From the NCBI GenBank assembly GCA_004524445.1, contig SDNP01000013.1, forward strand, positions 12,326 to 76,325: a stretch of DNA of 64,000 nt, written 5' to 3'. The notes beneath the pieces were generated by a model, which had not been told where the DNA came from, searched no databases, and saw nothing but the letters and a program-made list of their open reading frames with translations. How positions within the stretch are numbered: position 1 is the stretch's first letter; every line of letters begins with the position of its first letter. Positions 27,409 to 37,351 of the stretch are shown here, piece by piece. This DNA is from Candidatus Thorarchaeota archaeon. Its GTDB lineage: Archaea; Asgardarchaeota; Thorarchaeia; Thorarchaeales; Thorarchaeaceae. The position numbers were made by a program, and so were the translations under genes.

Positions 27409-28655
27409 TTAGAATGAACAAATGGGAAACAATCAGAGAAGAGTTTCCGGCTCTTCAGCGTACAATAAATGGCAGGAAGCTGGTGTATCTTGACAGTGCA
27501 TGCATGTCATTGAAGCCTAATTCAGTAATTGAGGCGATGGACGAATACTACATGAAGTTTCCCGCGTGTGGTGGCAGAAGTATTCATCACCTTGGGGAGG
27601 AGGTTTCCAATGCCTATTCAGCGGCAAGAGATAAATTTGCCCGCTTCATAAATTCGCCCGAACCAAAACAAGTCATATGGACCCGAAATGCCACCGAGTC
27701 ATTGAATATAGTTGCACGATGTATTGACCTTCCCAAAAAATCAAAGATAGTTACCACAACTCTTGAGCATCATAGCGGGTCTCTCCCGTTTGTTGAACGG
27801 GCTCAGAGAGATAGTCTTGATATCGAGATTATTCCAGCTAATGATGATGGAACCTTCGATATTGAGGACTGGAAGAAGGCCATCGATAACAAAACAAGAC
27901 TGGTATCCGTAGTGCATTCATCCAACGTCACGGGAACTGTGGCCCCTCTAAGAGAGATAATTGAGATTGCACATGATAGAGGCGCACTTGTTGTGTCAGA
28001 CGATGCACAATATGCCCCCCACCACCCCTTGAATGTTAGGAAATTAGATGTTGATTTTTCCGCCATATCGGTACACAAGATGTGCGGTCCTACAGGCATG
28101 GGTGTGCTATATGGCAAGGAAGAACACTTGGATGAAATGGATATGCTCCTTCACGGTGGAGATACTGTCAGCAATGTCCGTCTTGAAAATGGAAAAATAG
28201 TGCCCGAATATCTACCTCCTCCGGAGAAATATGAAGCAGGTTTGCAGAATTATGCTGGAGCAATAGGAGCGGGGGCCGCAGCTGAGTTCCTTCAATCTAT
28301 TGGAATGAAGGCTATCGAAAAGCACGAACGCTCCATCTTGACTGATGTTTTATCCCAGATGCAAGATATGGAACATGTGCATATTATTGGGACAGATAAC
28401 ATCGACATAAAGACCGGTCTTGTGACTTTCTATGTCGACACAGTCGAATCTGCCCATGATGTTGCTACATTTCTTAGTGAAGAATTTGCAGTAATGATTC
28501 GAAGTGGGGCACATTGTACCCATCCATTCCATTATCAATTAGGTCTCTCTTTGACAAAGGGTACCGCTCGGGCAAGTTTCTATCTGTATAATAATAAGCA
28601 AGACGCCAAGATGTTCATTGATGGTCTAAACACGCTAATAGATGCAAGTACTTAG
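27405..28655 (+). CDS. sufS: Cysteine desulfurase, SufS/class II
   Basis: VYLDSA, EHH, SNVTG, SVHKMCGPTG, RSGAHC, RASFYLYN. Confidence 0.9.
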   Translation: MIRMNKWETIREEFPALQRTINGRKLVYLDSACMSLKPNSVIEAMDEYYMKFPACGGRSIHHLGEEVSNAYSAARDKFARFINSPEPKQVIWTRNATESLNIVARCIDLPKKSKIVTTTLEHHSGSLPFVERAQRDSLDIEIIPANDDGTFDIEDWKKAIDNKTRLVSVVHSSNVTGTVAPLREIIEIAHDRGALVVSDDAQYAPHHPLNVRKLDVDFSAISVHKMCGPTGMGVLYGKEEHLDEMDMLLHGGDTVSNVRLENGKIVPEYLPPPEKYEAGLQNYAGAIGAGAAAEFLQSIGMKAIEKHERSILTDVLSQMQDMEHVHIIGTDNIDIKTGLVTFYVDTVESAHDVATFLSEEFAVMIRSGAHCTHPFHYQLGLSLTKGTARASFYLYNNKQDAKMFIDGLNTLIDAST

Positions 28656-30430
28656 CCCAATAGATCCTCTATACTTGCCTTCATCTTCTTCACTTCTTCC
28701 ACCGGATTGGCGAAGGAAAGACTATTCGCCCCAATGTCTAAGGATTCTCTATATCGATTAACACGTCCTCTAACAACAACATAGGTTCCTAACATCTTGT
28801 CCATCTTCTCATCAATCGGTGCTCGTTCATTACTGGTCTTCTGAATTAGATCTTGAGCCTCTTCAGCCGTCATCTCCAGAAGCTTCTCACCTGCTTCCCC
28901 AAAAAGTGTGGTTCTAATCGAACCAGTGCCATCATCCACCGTTATTTTGTATAGCATTCGATATTCCGGTTGTTCCACTTCTTCGCCGCAACTCTTGCAG
29001 GTGTAGTTCCCTCTCTCTCCCACATCGAGTTTTTTCTTACAGCTTGGACATGCCGGATATACGGGACTAATTTGCCCTACTCCCACGATTATGCCACACA
29101 CTTCAACATTCTGTCCTTCAACTGCTTCGTCAATGTCAACAATAGCTGTCCTATCTGCTGCCCCCGTTGGTCTTGAAGGCGCCTCCGGAAGCTCCAAATC
29201 CTCAATCTCAGAATCATCCGGATCGATTGATATGTCAGCAAATTTTCCTACTCCAAATTCTACGGCATCTCTGTACCCCTTCTTTACATATCCGTGTTCA
29301 ATACGGATTATGTCTCCCTCTTTCAAACTCTTAATCTTTTCAACATCATCATCCCAGAATGCTGCACGGATAGACTGTCCAGACTCATCCACCACTATGA
29401 TATTCTGTACTCGTCCAGTTGAATCATCACGATCGAACTCAGTAACGGGGAATATGCGGAAGACTTTTCCCTCCAAATCAACATCCCTCATGCCCACATT
29501 CATCTCATCTATAGTCTTTCTGCCAAGAGGTTCTCTGCGAGGTGTTTCAACCGACACCGCATCAATCTCCTCATCGAGATTTCTCTCAACTTTTGAAGAG
29601 CGCCCACTATGAACTTCCAGTTCGTCTGATCGTCCCTTTCTCGTGTAAGCCCCCCTTATTCGAATTACCTCTCCCTCTTCAATACCATCCATTTGCTCAG
29701 CAAGGTCATCCCAGAAGACTAACCGAATGCTCCCAGTTTCATCAGCGACAATCATACTCATTACTTTCCCCTCACTACTGTCTGACTTACGAGTGAATGT
29801 AGAAAGCGGGAATACCCTCTTGGTTTCAACAGTCAGGGTGACATCATATTGTCTTTCCTCTAGGCTTTCAATCTTCAACGAATCCGGTGCATCAATATCA
29901 AAGTCCAATTCGAGCTCCTCTATTTCATAGTCTTCCAGTATGCGCAGCCCGCCCATTCTACCAAGATTCAGTTCGATTTGATCTCGAAGCCCTTTCTTTG
30001 CATATGCACTTCTGAGTTGTACTACATCACCGATGCTTACAGCCCCCTCAGAAACTGCTTTTGTGACATCATCCCACAATGCCACTCGAATGCTTCCAGT
30101 CTTATCTGCTACAACCATGCTAGCAACTTTGCCTTCTCCGGCATCCTTCCGGGAGAACTTACGAACCGGCCCAATATGAACAACTTTAGCTGTAAGTGTT
30201 ACATTTCGAGTGTTCTCTGAAATGTCCTCAATCTTTTGGCGCGATCTCGGAGAAACCTGTTGCAAATCAATGCCCAATTCACGTGCCACAATCATTGCTG
30301 CAGACTCTTCATTGATAATTTCAGGACCCAATTCTTGCCGTTTTTCCTCAATCAAATTGAGGACTTCTTTTCTATCATACTCCGGCAAATGCTTTAGTAT
30401 TGCTTGAATGGTTTCCTCCAGTGTTATCAT
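28652..30430 (-). CDS. rpa: Replication protein A large subunit (multiple OB folds + Zn finger)
   Basis: Repeated DxTGSIRxxxW OB motifs; YPACPSCKKK...CKSC; start approximate. Confidence 0.92.
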   Translation of the reverse strand: MITLEETIQAILKHLPEYDRKEVLNLIEEKRQELGPEIINEESAAMIVARELGIDLQQVSPRSRQKIEDISENTRNVTLTAKVVHIGPVRKFSRKDAGEGKVASMVVADKTGSIRVALWDDVTKAVSEGAVSIGDVVQLRSAYAKKGLRDQIELNLGRMGGLRILEDYEIEELELDFDIDAPDSLKIESLEERQYDVTLTVETKRVFPLSTFTRKSDSSEGKVMSMIVADETGSIRLVFWDDLAEQMDGIEEGEVIRIRGAYTRKGRSDELEVHSGRSSKVERNLDEEIDAVSVETPRREPLGRKTIDEMNVGMRDVDLEGKVFRIFPVTEFDRDDSTGRVQNIIVVDESGQSIRAAFWDDDVEKIKSLKEGDIIRIEHGYVKKGYRDAVEFGVGKFADISIDPDDSEIEDLELPEAPSRPTGAADRTAIVDIDEAVEGQNVEVCGIIVGVGQISPVYPACPSCKKKLDVGERGNYTCKSCGEEVEQPEYRMLYKITVDDGTGSIRTTLFGEAGEKLLEMTAEEAQDLIQKTSNERAPIDEKMDKMLGTYVVVRGRVNRYRESLDIGANSLSFANPVEEVKKMKASIEDLLG

Positions 30431-30646
30431 ATTCAATCTCATTCCTGAGGCAAGATGGTGGTGTACCTCACTACTAGTGATAATCGTATATGCTTTAAAG
30501 CTCACTACTCGTAAAAAGAGAGAAACACAATAAGTGAAGAAAACTTACAGGCCGGCATGGCAACTCTAAAAAACAGACACCCATATCAAGAATCAAAACG
30601 TCCGAAAGATAGAATATGAATCCTACAATAACAAGAGTGAATAGAA

Positions 30647-33600
30647 GTGAATGATTCACGACCTCCTCTTCCAAAGCATAGTGTCAGCTACAAAGAATAC
30701 TTCGACTCTCTTAGTGAACAGATAGATGAGATATACAAAGTGGCTGAAAAAGCTAGAGCTACAGGATGGGATCCCGCACCAAGGGTAGAAATACCAAAAG
30801 CCCATGATGTGGCCGCGCGTGTGGAGGCTACTCTTGATGGTCCTACTGGTGTAGCTAGCCGCATACGGGAGCTACAGGAACAAAACTCTCGAGAAGAGGT
30901 AGCGTTTCAAGTCGCTAAGGAAATCGCCCAGGGAACTCTAGGAAACATTACTGATATGGAAAAAGCGGCTGATAAGGCGGTACGTGTTGCCTTGGCTATT
31001 CTCACAGAGAGTATCACTGCAGCCCCTCTTGAAGGGATCTCCAAAGTGCGGATCCATGACCCCAAGGGAACTCCTTATTTGGCCCTTTATCTTGCGGGAC
31101 CCATCAGGGCTGCAGGCGGTACAGAGGCGGCCGTAACAGTCTTGGTTGCTGATTATGTTAGACAAGTTCTTGGTCTACCTGCATTCGTTGCTACAGAAGA
31201 AGAAGTTGAGCGATCGTTGGAAGAAGTTGAGCTGTATGCTCGGTCTGTTCATCTTCAGTACCCCGTTCATCCCGAGCTTGTGCGATTTGCGGCTTCAAAT
31301 CTGTCTATAATGCTGACTGGTGATCCAACTGAAGAGTTCGAGGTGTCTGCTGGACGCAACCTAGATAGAATTGAAACCAATAGAGTTCGGGGCGGATCAG
31401 TTTTAGTCTTGAATGATGGTGTGGTAGGCAGGGCATCAAAACTAGCTAAGATTGTACATAGCCTCAAGATATCTGGCTGGGAGTGGCTGGATGAACTTGC
31501 CGCAAAGATGTCAAAAGCTGATGCTAGCGAATCCGAAGAAACATCCACGAAGGAATTGGAACCCAAATCTGACTATCTCGCGGATGTGATTGGTGGCAGA
31601 CCCGTATTTGCTCATCCCTCCAGAATTGGAGGATTTCGTCTTCGATATGGGCGGTCAAGAAACACAGGTCTCGCTGGAGTTGGGGTTCATCCTGCAACTA
31701 TGCTCTTGGTTGACGAATTTCTGTCCCCTGGAACGCACATTCGCACAGAACGCCCTGGTAAGGGTTCAATCGTAGCTCCAGTTGATACCATTGAGGGGCC
31801 TATAGTTTTGCTAGAAGGCGGAGAAGTTCGGCAGATATTTTCATATACAGAGGCTAAGAAAGTAGCAGATAAGGTTCAAAGAGTTCTATATCTGGGGGAC
31901 ATTCTTATCGCTTTAGGCGAATTTTTGGAAAACAACCATCCACTTGTGCCATCGGGTTACTGTGAGGAATGGTGGTCCCATGATTTGGAGAATGCGTATA
32001 CTGGACTAAGTAGCACTGAGTCGGAAAAGATTCTTCATGATAAATCCGTTTCAATTGATGAAATCAATGCCCTAATCGAATCACCACTCTCTCTGATTCC
32101 TCGTCCCGAGAAGGCTCTTGATATCTCTCTGGCACTTGATATCCCTCTTCATCCAAGATACACTTGGCGGTGGCAAGCTCTTTCAGTTAACGAATTTCTC
32201 GAATTGAGGAGCTGGATTTTATCTTCACTTACAGAATCAAAAAACAAGAAAGAAGATTCCATCACTTTGCCCCACCACCTCGAAAACAAGAAACTTCTAG
32301 AAAAGATGGGAACTCCTCATTCCCTAGATGATGAAAACAATCTATTGATTACAGCAGCTCTAGATGTGATATTGGCTCAGTTGGGTGATAGTAAATCGAC
32401 TCCAATCGGAGAAACCCCTCTTGAAGCCGTCAATTCGGTATCAAAAGTCGAGATTCGAGACCGAGTCGGTTTCTCTATTGGAGCTCGCATGGGTCGCCCT
32501 GAAAAAGCTGAAGTTAGAAAAATGCGCCCAGCAGTTCATGTACTATTTCCGGTGGGCCGTGCAATGGCCAGTGAGCGTCGAATCGAGCGAGTTGCTGAGG
32601 GCGTTGAATCTGTGGCAAAACTAGACTCATTCCATATAACTGACCGTCAAGATCGGGCACCCACAAAAGAAAAACAAAAATCTGGTATTGAGGTCGAGCT
32701 CGTAAATAGGCAGTGCCCCGAGTGTGGGGAGAAAACCTTCAAAGCTAAATGTCCGGCATGTGGGACACATACAGAAACCCAACTCTTTTGTTCTCATGTC
32801 GATTCTCGTGGGGAAAAATGTGATCTTCCTCTTGACAAATCAAAGGGCACCTGTCCCCGCGGACATGATCTCAATCTGTTACTCTCAACGGATAGAGTAT
32901 TTGTTGACATTCAGGATGAGCTGAATCAAGTCAAAATGATGCTAAACGAGCCACAGACTTATGACTTGAGAGGCGTTCTTGGCCTGACCAATGATCTCAA
33001 AATTCCCGAGTTCTTAGGTAAAGGGGTGTTGAGGGCGAAACACGATGTGTACTGCTATCGCGATGGGACAGCACGGTTCGATGCCACTGATGCACCTTTG
33101 ACACATTTCACGCCAAACGAAATCGGTGTACCCTTCTGGAGACTAAGAGAACTGGGATACCATTCCGATTATGATGGCGAACCACTGACTTCTGATAACC
33201 AGACTCTTGAGTTGAAAGTTCAAGATATTATCATTCCTGAGAAATGTGCAGAATACATGATACGAGTCGGAAATTTTGTCGATGATTGTTTAGATAAGAT
33301 ATATGGTCTCGAACGGTTCTATAATTTCTCTGTGCCAGAAGACGTGATTGGACATTTAGTCATCGGCCTCGCTCCTCATACATCAGCTGGAATCATTGGA
33401 CGAATCATAGGTTTTACTACAGCGAGTCTTTCATACGCTCATCCTTATTGGCATGCAGCCAAGCGCCGTAATTGTGACGGTGATGAGGATGCCATCATTC
33501 TCGTCATGGACGCATTAACGAATTTTTCAAGGCACTATCTTCCGAAGGGACGGGGCGGGTTCATGGATGCCCCTCTCGTTCTCTCAGTGATTCTAAACCC

Positions 33601-34213
33601 CTCCGAAGTCGATGATGAGAGCCACAATATGGAGGTATGCAGACGCTATCCAGCTCATTTTTATGAAATGGTCGCAGAGGCAAAGCATCCCAAGATTGTT
33701 GAGAATCTAGTAGATATCATTGCATCCAGATTGGATTCAGAAGCTCAGTATGAGGGCTTTGGATTCACTCACAACACTTCCAACTTTGATATGGGTCCTA
33801 CAAACACCCGTTACAAGACTCTCGGCAGCATGGTTGAGAAACTTGAGGCGCAATTACAGCTTGCCACGCTTATTGATGCAGTAGACTCAAAGGATGTCGC
33901 AGAACGAGTTCTCTCTCATCACTTTTTGCGGGACATTCGAGGCAATCTAAGAGCATACTCCACCCAGAAGACACACTGTGTAAAATGCCACCGTGTATAT
34001 CGTCGCCCTCCGCTCTCAGGCAAATGCGTCTGTGGTGAAACCCTATCCTTAACGGTGCGGGAGCGAAATATTAGCAAATATCTTGAGCTTGCCCAAGATG
34101 TGATTGATAATCATGGGCTTGGAGAATATCTAAAACAGCGGCTCAGCTTGATTAATCAATCACTTGATTCGCTTTTCGTTTCCGAACAGACACTACTTGA
34201 GGAATTTTTCTAG
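30647..34213 (+). CDS. polC: DNA polymerase D large subunit DP2
   Basis: AGPIRAAGGT, GFRLRYGRSRN, IGARMGRPEKA, HAAKRRNCDGDED. Confidence 0.97.
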   Translation: MNDSRPPLPKHSVSYKEYFDSLSEQIDEIYKVAEKARATGWDPAPRVEIPKAHDVAARVEATLDGPTGVASRIRELQEQNSREEVAFQVAKEIAQGTLGNITDMEKAADKAVRVALAILTESITAAPLEGISKVRIHDPKGTPYLALYLAGPIRAAGGTEAAVTVLVADYVRQVLGLPAFVATEEEVERSLEEVELYARSVHLQYPVHPELVRFAASNLSIMLTGDPTEEFEVSAGRNLDRIETNRVRGGSVLVLNDGVVGRASKLAKIVHSLKISGWEWLDELAAKMSKADASESEETSTKELEPKSDYLADVIGGRPVFAHPSRIGGFRLRYGRSRNTGLAGVGVHPATMLLVDEFLSPGTHIRTERPGKGSIVAPVDTIEGPIVLLEGGEVRQIFSYTEAKKVADKVQRVLYLGDILIALGEFLENNHPLVPSGYCEEWWSHDLENAYTGLSSTESEKILHDKSVSIDEINALIESPLSLIPRPEKALDISLALDIPLHPRYTWRWQALSVNEFLELRSWILSSLTESKNKKEDSITLPHHLENKKLLEKMGTPHSLDDENNLLITAALDVILAQLGDSKSTPIGETPLEAVNSVSKVEIRDRVGFSIGARMGRPEKAEVRKMRPAVHVLFPVGRAMASERRIERVAEGVESVAKLDSFHITDRQDRAPTKEKQKSGIEVELVNRQCPECGEKTFKAKCPACGTHTETQLFCSHVDSRGEKCDLPLDKSKGTCPRGHDLNLLLSTDRVFVDIQDELNQVKMMLNEPQTYDLRGVLGLTNDLKIPEFLGKGVLRAKHDVYCYRDGTARFDATDAPLTHFTPNEIGVPFWRLRELGYHSDYDGEPLTSDNQTLELKVQDIIIPEKCAEYMIRVGNFVDDCLDKIYGLERFYNFSVPEDVIGHLVIGLAPHTSAGIIGRIIGFTTASLSYAHPYWHAAKRRNCDGDEDAIILVMDALTNFSRHYLPKGRGGFMDAPLVLSVILNPSEVDDESHNMEVCRRYPAHFYEMVAEAKHPKIVENLVDIIASRLDSEAQYEGFGFTHNTSNFDMGPTNTRYKTLGSMVEKLEAQLQLATLIDAVDSKDVAERVLSHHFLRDIRGNLRAYSTQKTHCVKCHRVYRRPPLSGKCVCGETLSLTVRERNISKYLELAQDVIDNHGLGEYLKQRLSLINQSLDSLFVSEQTLLEEFF

Positions 34214-34214
34214 A

Positions 34215-35063
34215 CTACTCATTAACTGTGAGTTTCAAGAGCGTTTTATCTTCAATCATTCCAATCAGATTGCCTGTTGCCGATAGAACTGGTGCTTGGT
34301 CTATGTCATTCTTGCGAAGAACACGGACACACTCAGAAACCGTTGAAACCTCACTAACACTGATGATGCTTTCTGTCATAACTTCCTTTATGGGCACGTT
34401 TGGCAGCTTCAGGAGGCGTTTGGTTACTACAAGAAAGTCTTTGGAGGTCCAACCCCAGTCGACCTTCTTGTCTGTTCCACTATAAGTAGTAGAAACATTG
34501 TCCTCTATCTCCACCTCCGAGAGTCGGATATAATCACTTACAGAAATGAGACCAGAAATGCCGCCTGCAGTATTCACAACAACCAGTGCATTCTTATTGG
34601 CCATTTCCATTATCAGATAGGATAGCGGCAGGGGCGTTTGATCCCACACTGAAACTATTTGTCTGGAAACAAAGTCCTTGATACTCATTGATTGGTATTT
34701 TTCGTCGCCCTCCAATAATGCACCAAGAATATCTGGAATCGATATCAGTCCCACAAGCTCCTCATCTTCAACAACAGGTAATCTTCTATATCCCCTTTCC
34801 AGCATCATTTTGGCGGCTGTTTTCGCATGAGTTCTTGGCGTTACAGTATCCGGGTCTCGTACCATAAGCATCGCAAGCTGATTCTCATCAGCTTTCTGCA
34901 ACAAGTCTGACCTGGTAACTATCCCTACCAATTTCTTGTTTTCTTTCTTCACAACGGGCAGTCCATTGATTTGCTTTTCAGCCATTATTTGTAGAACGTC
35001 CTCTCTAGTACCAGGTACTGAAACATATACAACATCTGATTGCATACAATCTTTTACTAACAT
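34215..35063 (-). CDS. 4xCBS-domain protein
   Basis: CBS repeats; likely start MLVKDCMQ. Confidence 0.88.
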   Translation of the reverse strand: MLVKDCMQSDVVYVSVPGTREDVLQIMAEKQINGLPVVKKENKKLVGIVTRSDLLQKADENQLAMLMVRDPDTVTPRTHAKTAAKMMLERGYRRLPVVEDEELVGLISIPDILGALLEGDEKYQSMSIKDFVSRQIVSVWDQTPLPLSYLIMEMANKNALVVVNTAGGISGLISVSDYIRLSEVEIEDNVSTTYSGTDKKVDWGWTSKDFLVVTKRLLKLPNVPIKEVMTESIISVSEVSTVSECVRVLRKNDIDQAPVLSATGNLIGMIEDKTLLKLTVNE

Positions 35064-35222
35064 TGCTGAGTACTCCTCTGCCAGATTAGGGTTGAACATA
35101 GCGTACCTCAATATATTCTTCAATGAGCACGCTTACTGCATAATTCTTCGGAACATGAATAGAGTGCTTGAGAGCCTTTTATGTGTATCCTTAGTTCAAT
35201 CTCCGAACATATGGATGTAGTG

Positions 35223-35783
35223 TCACCAGGGGTTATCTTTTAGCCCTAGAAGAAAGCTGATTGCATTTGAGAACCAATGAACTCCCAAAGTCACACCAAC
35301 AAGAATGATGACATAAATCGCAGCTGGTTGGATAATAGGTGATGCAAAGATAAGGGACATAATGATGAAACCAATTTGATCCAAAACCGGTGCTGGATTA
35401 CCACTCTTCACATCAATTCTTCTTTTCACAAATGATCCAATAAGGTCGCCCATAAGAGCGCCTAAGGAAAGAAGAAACCCCGTAATAGGGCCAATGAAGA
35501 GCAGGCTTTCCATCTCTGCAGTGACAACAACGTACTCCGTCAAGACTGGAAAAATAAGGGGCGCAATGCTGCTCTGAATAAAACCTGTTAGGGTCCCCAA
35601 GAGAACCCCAACTACAAAACCACGGATAGTCTTGCCATCGCCTAAAAGCCTATGCCCGTCACGAAATAGTGTGCCTCTGTCAATGGGCATACCCCCGCCA
35701 AAGATGACTGGTGTAGAATTTGCAATCCATGCTGGAAGGGCGAACCAAATGGCAATTTCCAGCAGAGCGATTTCTTCATACAT
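35223..35783 (-). CDS. carS: CDP-archaeol synthase
   Basis: LPAWIANSTPV, DGKTIRG, GDLIGSFVKRR, LDQ. Confidence 0.93.
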   Translation of the reverse strand: MYEEIALLEIAIWFALPAWIANSTPVIFGGGMPIDRGTLFRDGHRLLGDGKTIRGFVVGVLLGTLTGFIQSSIAPLIFPVLTEYVVVTAEMESLLFIGPITGFLLSLGALMGDLIGSFVKRRIDVKSGNPAPVLDQIGFIIMSLIFASPIIQPAAIYVIILVGVTLGVHWFSNAISFLLGLKDNPW

Positions 35784-35833
35784 TCAGATTATGGCTCCTA
35801 AAATGATTCCACGTAAATTTCATTTCACTCTTT

Positions 35834-36529
35834 CTACTGCGTGTCGTTGGTAGACAGTCCATGACTAGTGATATTAACGAGCCCTTTTGATGGTTCACCA
35901 TCAGGTACAAGCCTTTCAAGAAGCCGTTCTCCTCTTTGAGGACGAGTTCTCATTCTCACTACTACATCTGACCAGTAATCTAGGATATTACTTGCAACCG
36001 GCTCAAACCTATTTATGCCATTCATACTAGCTGTAACTTGATTTAATGCAAGCACAGCTACTCGCTTATTCCTAGCCAACCCCTTCAAGAACCCACAGTG
36101 CCTATTCAATTCGCGATGCGCCACATAATTGCTCTTCTTATCATCAAGAACCGTCCTGTACAATCTCGTTAAAGTATCAAATACCAATAATTTCGTATTG
36201 GGTTTCATATATAGTTCCAAGTCTTCAATTAGTGTCCCCTGCTCATTAAAAGAATGGGGCATAAATATTTGGAAATGCGATTTCATACTCTCCACATCCT
36301 TTCCTGCAATTTGCTCTAGCCTTTCAATAGGTGAGGAGCCTTCAGTATTGACATAAATGACTGCCATATCCAGCCGTATCGCACTCCTCACGAACTGAAG
36401 GGCAAACGTAGTCTTTCCCGATGCGGCTTCCCCGAATACGTGTGTAAGTAGTCCTCCACGAATTCCGCCGGCTAGAACTTTATCGATTACATTCACCCCA
36501 GACGGAAGAATCAAATTATAGGTCACCAC
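35834..36529 (-). CDS. radB: RadB-like RecA-family protein
   Basis: SGVNVIDKVLAGG, GEAASGKT, NTEG, LNQV; no N-terminal HhH domain. Confidence 0.88.
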   Translation of the reverse strand: MVTYNLILPSGVNVIDKVLAGGIRGGLLTHVFGEAASGKTTFALQFVRSAIRLDMAVIYVNTEGSSPIERLEQIAGKDVESMKSHFQIFMPHSFNEQGTLIEDLELYMKPNTKLLVFDTLTRLYRTVLDDKKSNYVAHRELNRHCGFLKGLARNKRVAVLALNQVTASMNGINRFEPVASNILDYWSDVVVRMRTRPQRGERLLERLVPDGEPSKGLVNITSHGLSTNDTQ

Positions 36530-36532
36530 GCT

Positions 36533-37351
36533 GTGAATTATACTGCCAGAGTGATAAGCCTAGCTAAGAAGGAAGCAAACGTGCAAAGATGTGATGTAAC
36601 AATCGCGACACGAAACCCCAAGACATACTATCTTCTAATTAAAATTCTCAAAGCACTAAATTTGGAATTCGTTAGCTGTACTCCAGACTCTGGCTTAGCA
36701 AATGATGCTAGGGTGGTAGTGACGACCAAGGTAGAATCCGTGGATGGTGCCAATGGGACAGTAGTTTTGGTTGAAGAAGAACCAGATCCTATGACTGCAT
36801 CCGTTAGAATAATGTGTGCATATTTCGGAATCAGTAATCCCAAAGAAGCAATAATCGGGGTCGATCCGGGTATGAGATTTGGTCTAGCCCTGGTAATAGA
36901 TGGGAATGTTATCTATACCAAGACCGTAACATCTCCCCCCTCGGCAGCAAATCTTGCACAGAAACTGGTAAAACACCTTGATTCACTTTTTCCCGAATCT
37001 GCACTATCCATTCGTTTGGGAACGGGTTCTCGACTTTATTCAGCACTATTCCTACGTAGTCTGGGCGAGCTGACCAAAAACACGAACATCGAGCTGGTGG
37101 ATGAGAAGCATACCACTATCCCAAACGGATACACCAAAGATCAGCTCTCCGCTATCCTAATTTCAGGACGGCCGGGGCGGCCCCCATCACCAAAAGACAC
37201 GCGTCTAACCAACAAGAGGGGCTACATTCGATCACTACGAAATCTTGTCAGACGTCTATCTGATAATAAGAAACGCATGAGCGTGAAGGAGGCTCGAAAA
37301 GTCTTGCAGGGAGAATCTTCTTTGGATGATTTCATTGACATCGACCCCTAG
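36533..37351 (+). CDS. Hypothetical protein with RNase H-like (YqgF/RuvC-like) motif
   Basis: IIGVDPG...GLA, IRLGTG, LVDEKHTT, D..SA. Confidence 0.6.
   Translation: MNYTARVISLAKKEANVQRCDVTIATRNPKTYYLLIKILKALNLEFVSCTPDSGLANDARVVVTTKVESVDGANGTVVLVEEEPDPMTASVRIMCAYFGISNPKEAIIGVDPGMRFGLALVIDGNVIYTKTVTSPPSAANLAQKLVKHLDSLFPESALSIRLGTGSRLYSALFLRSLGELTKNTNIELVDEKHTTIPNGYTKDQLSAILISGRPGRPPSPKDTRLTNKRGYIRSLRNLVRRLSDNKKRMSVKEARKVLQGESSLDDFIDIDP

Noticed and set aside
33450-33490. Common intein insertion site in PolD DP2 (HAAKRRN/CDGDED)
   Set aside because: The motif is contiguous; no intein is present.
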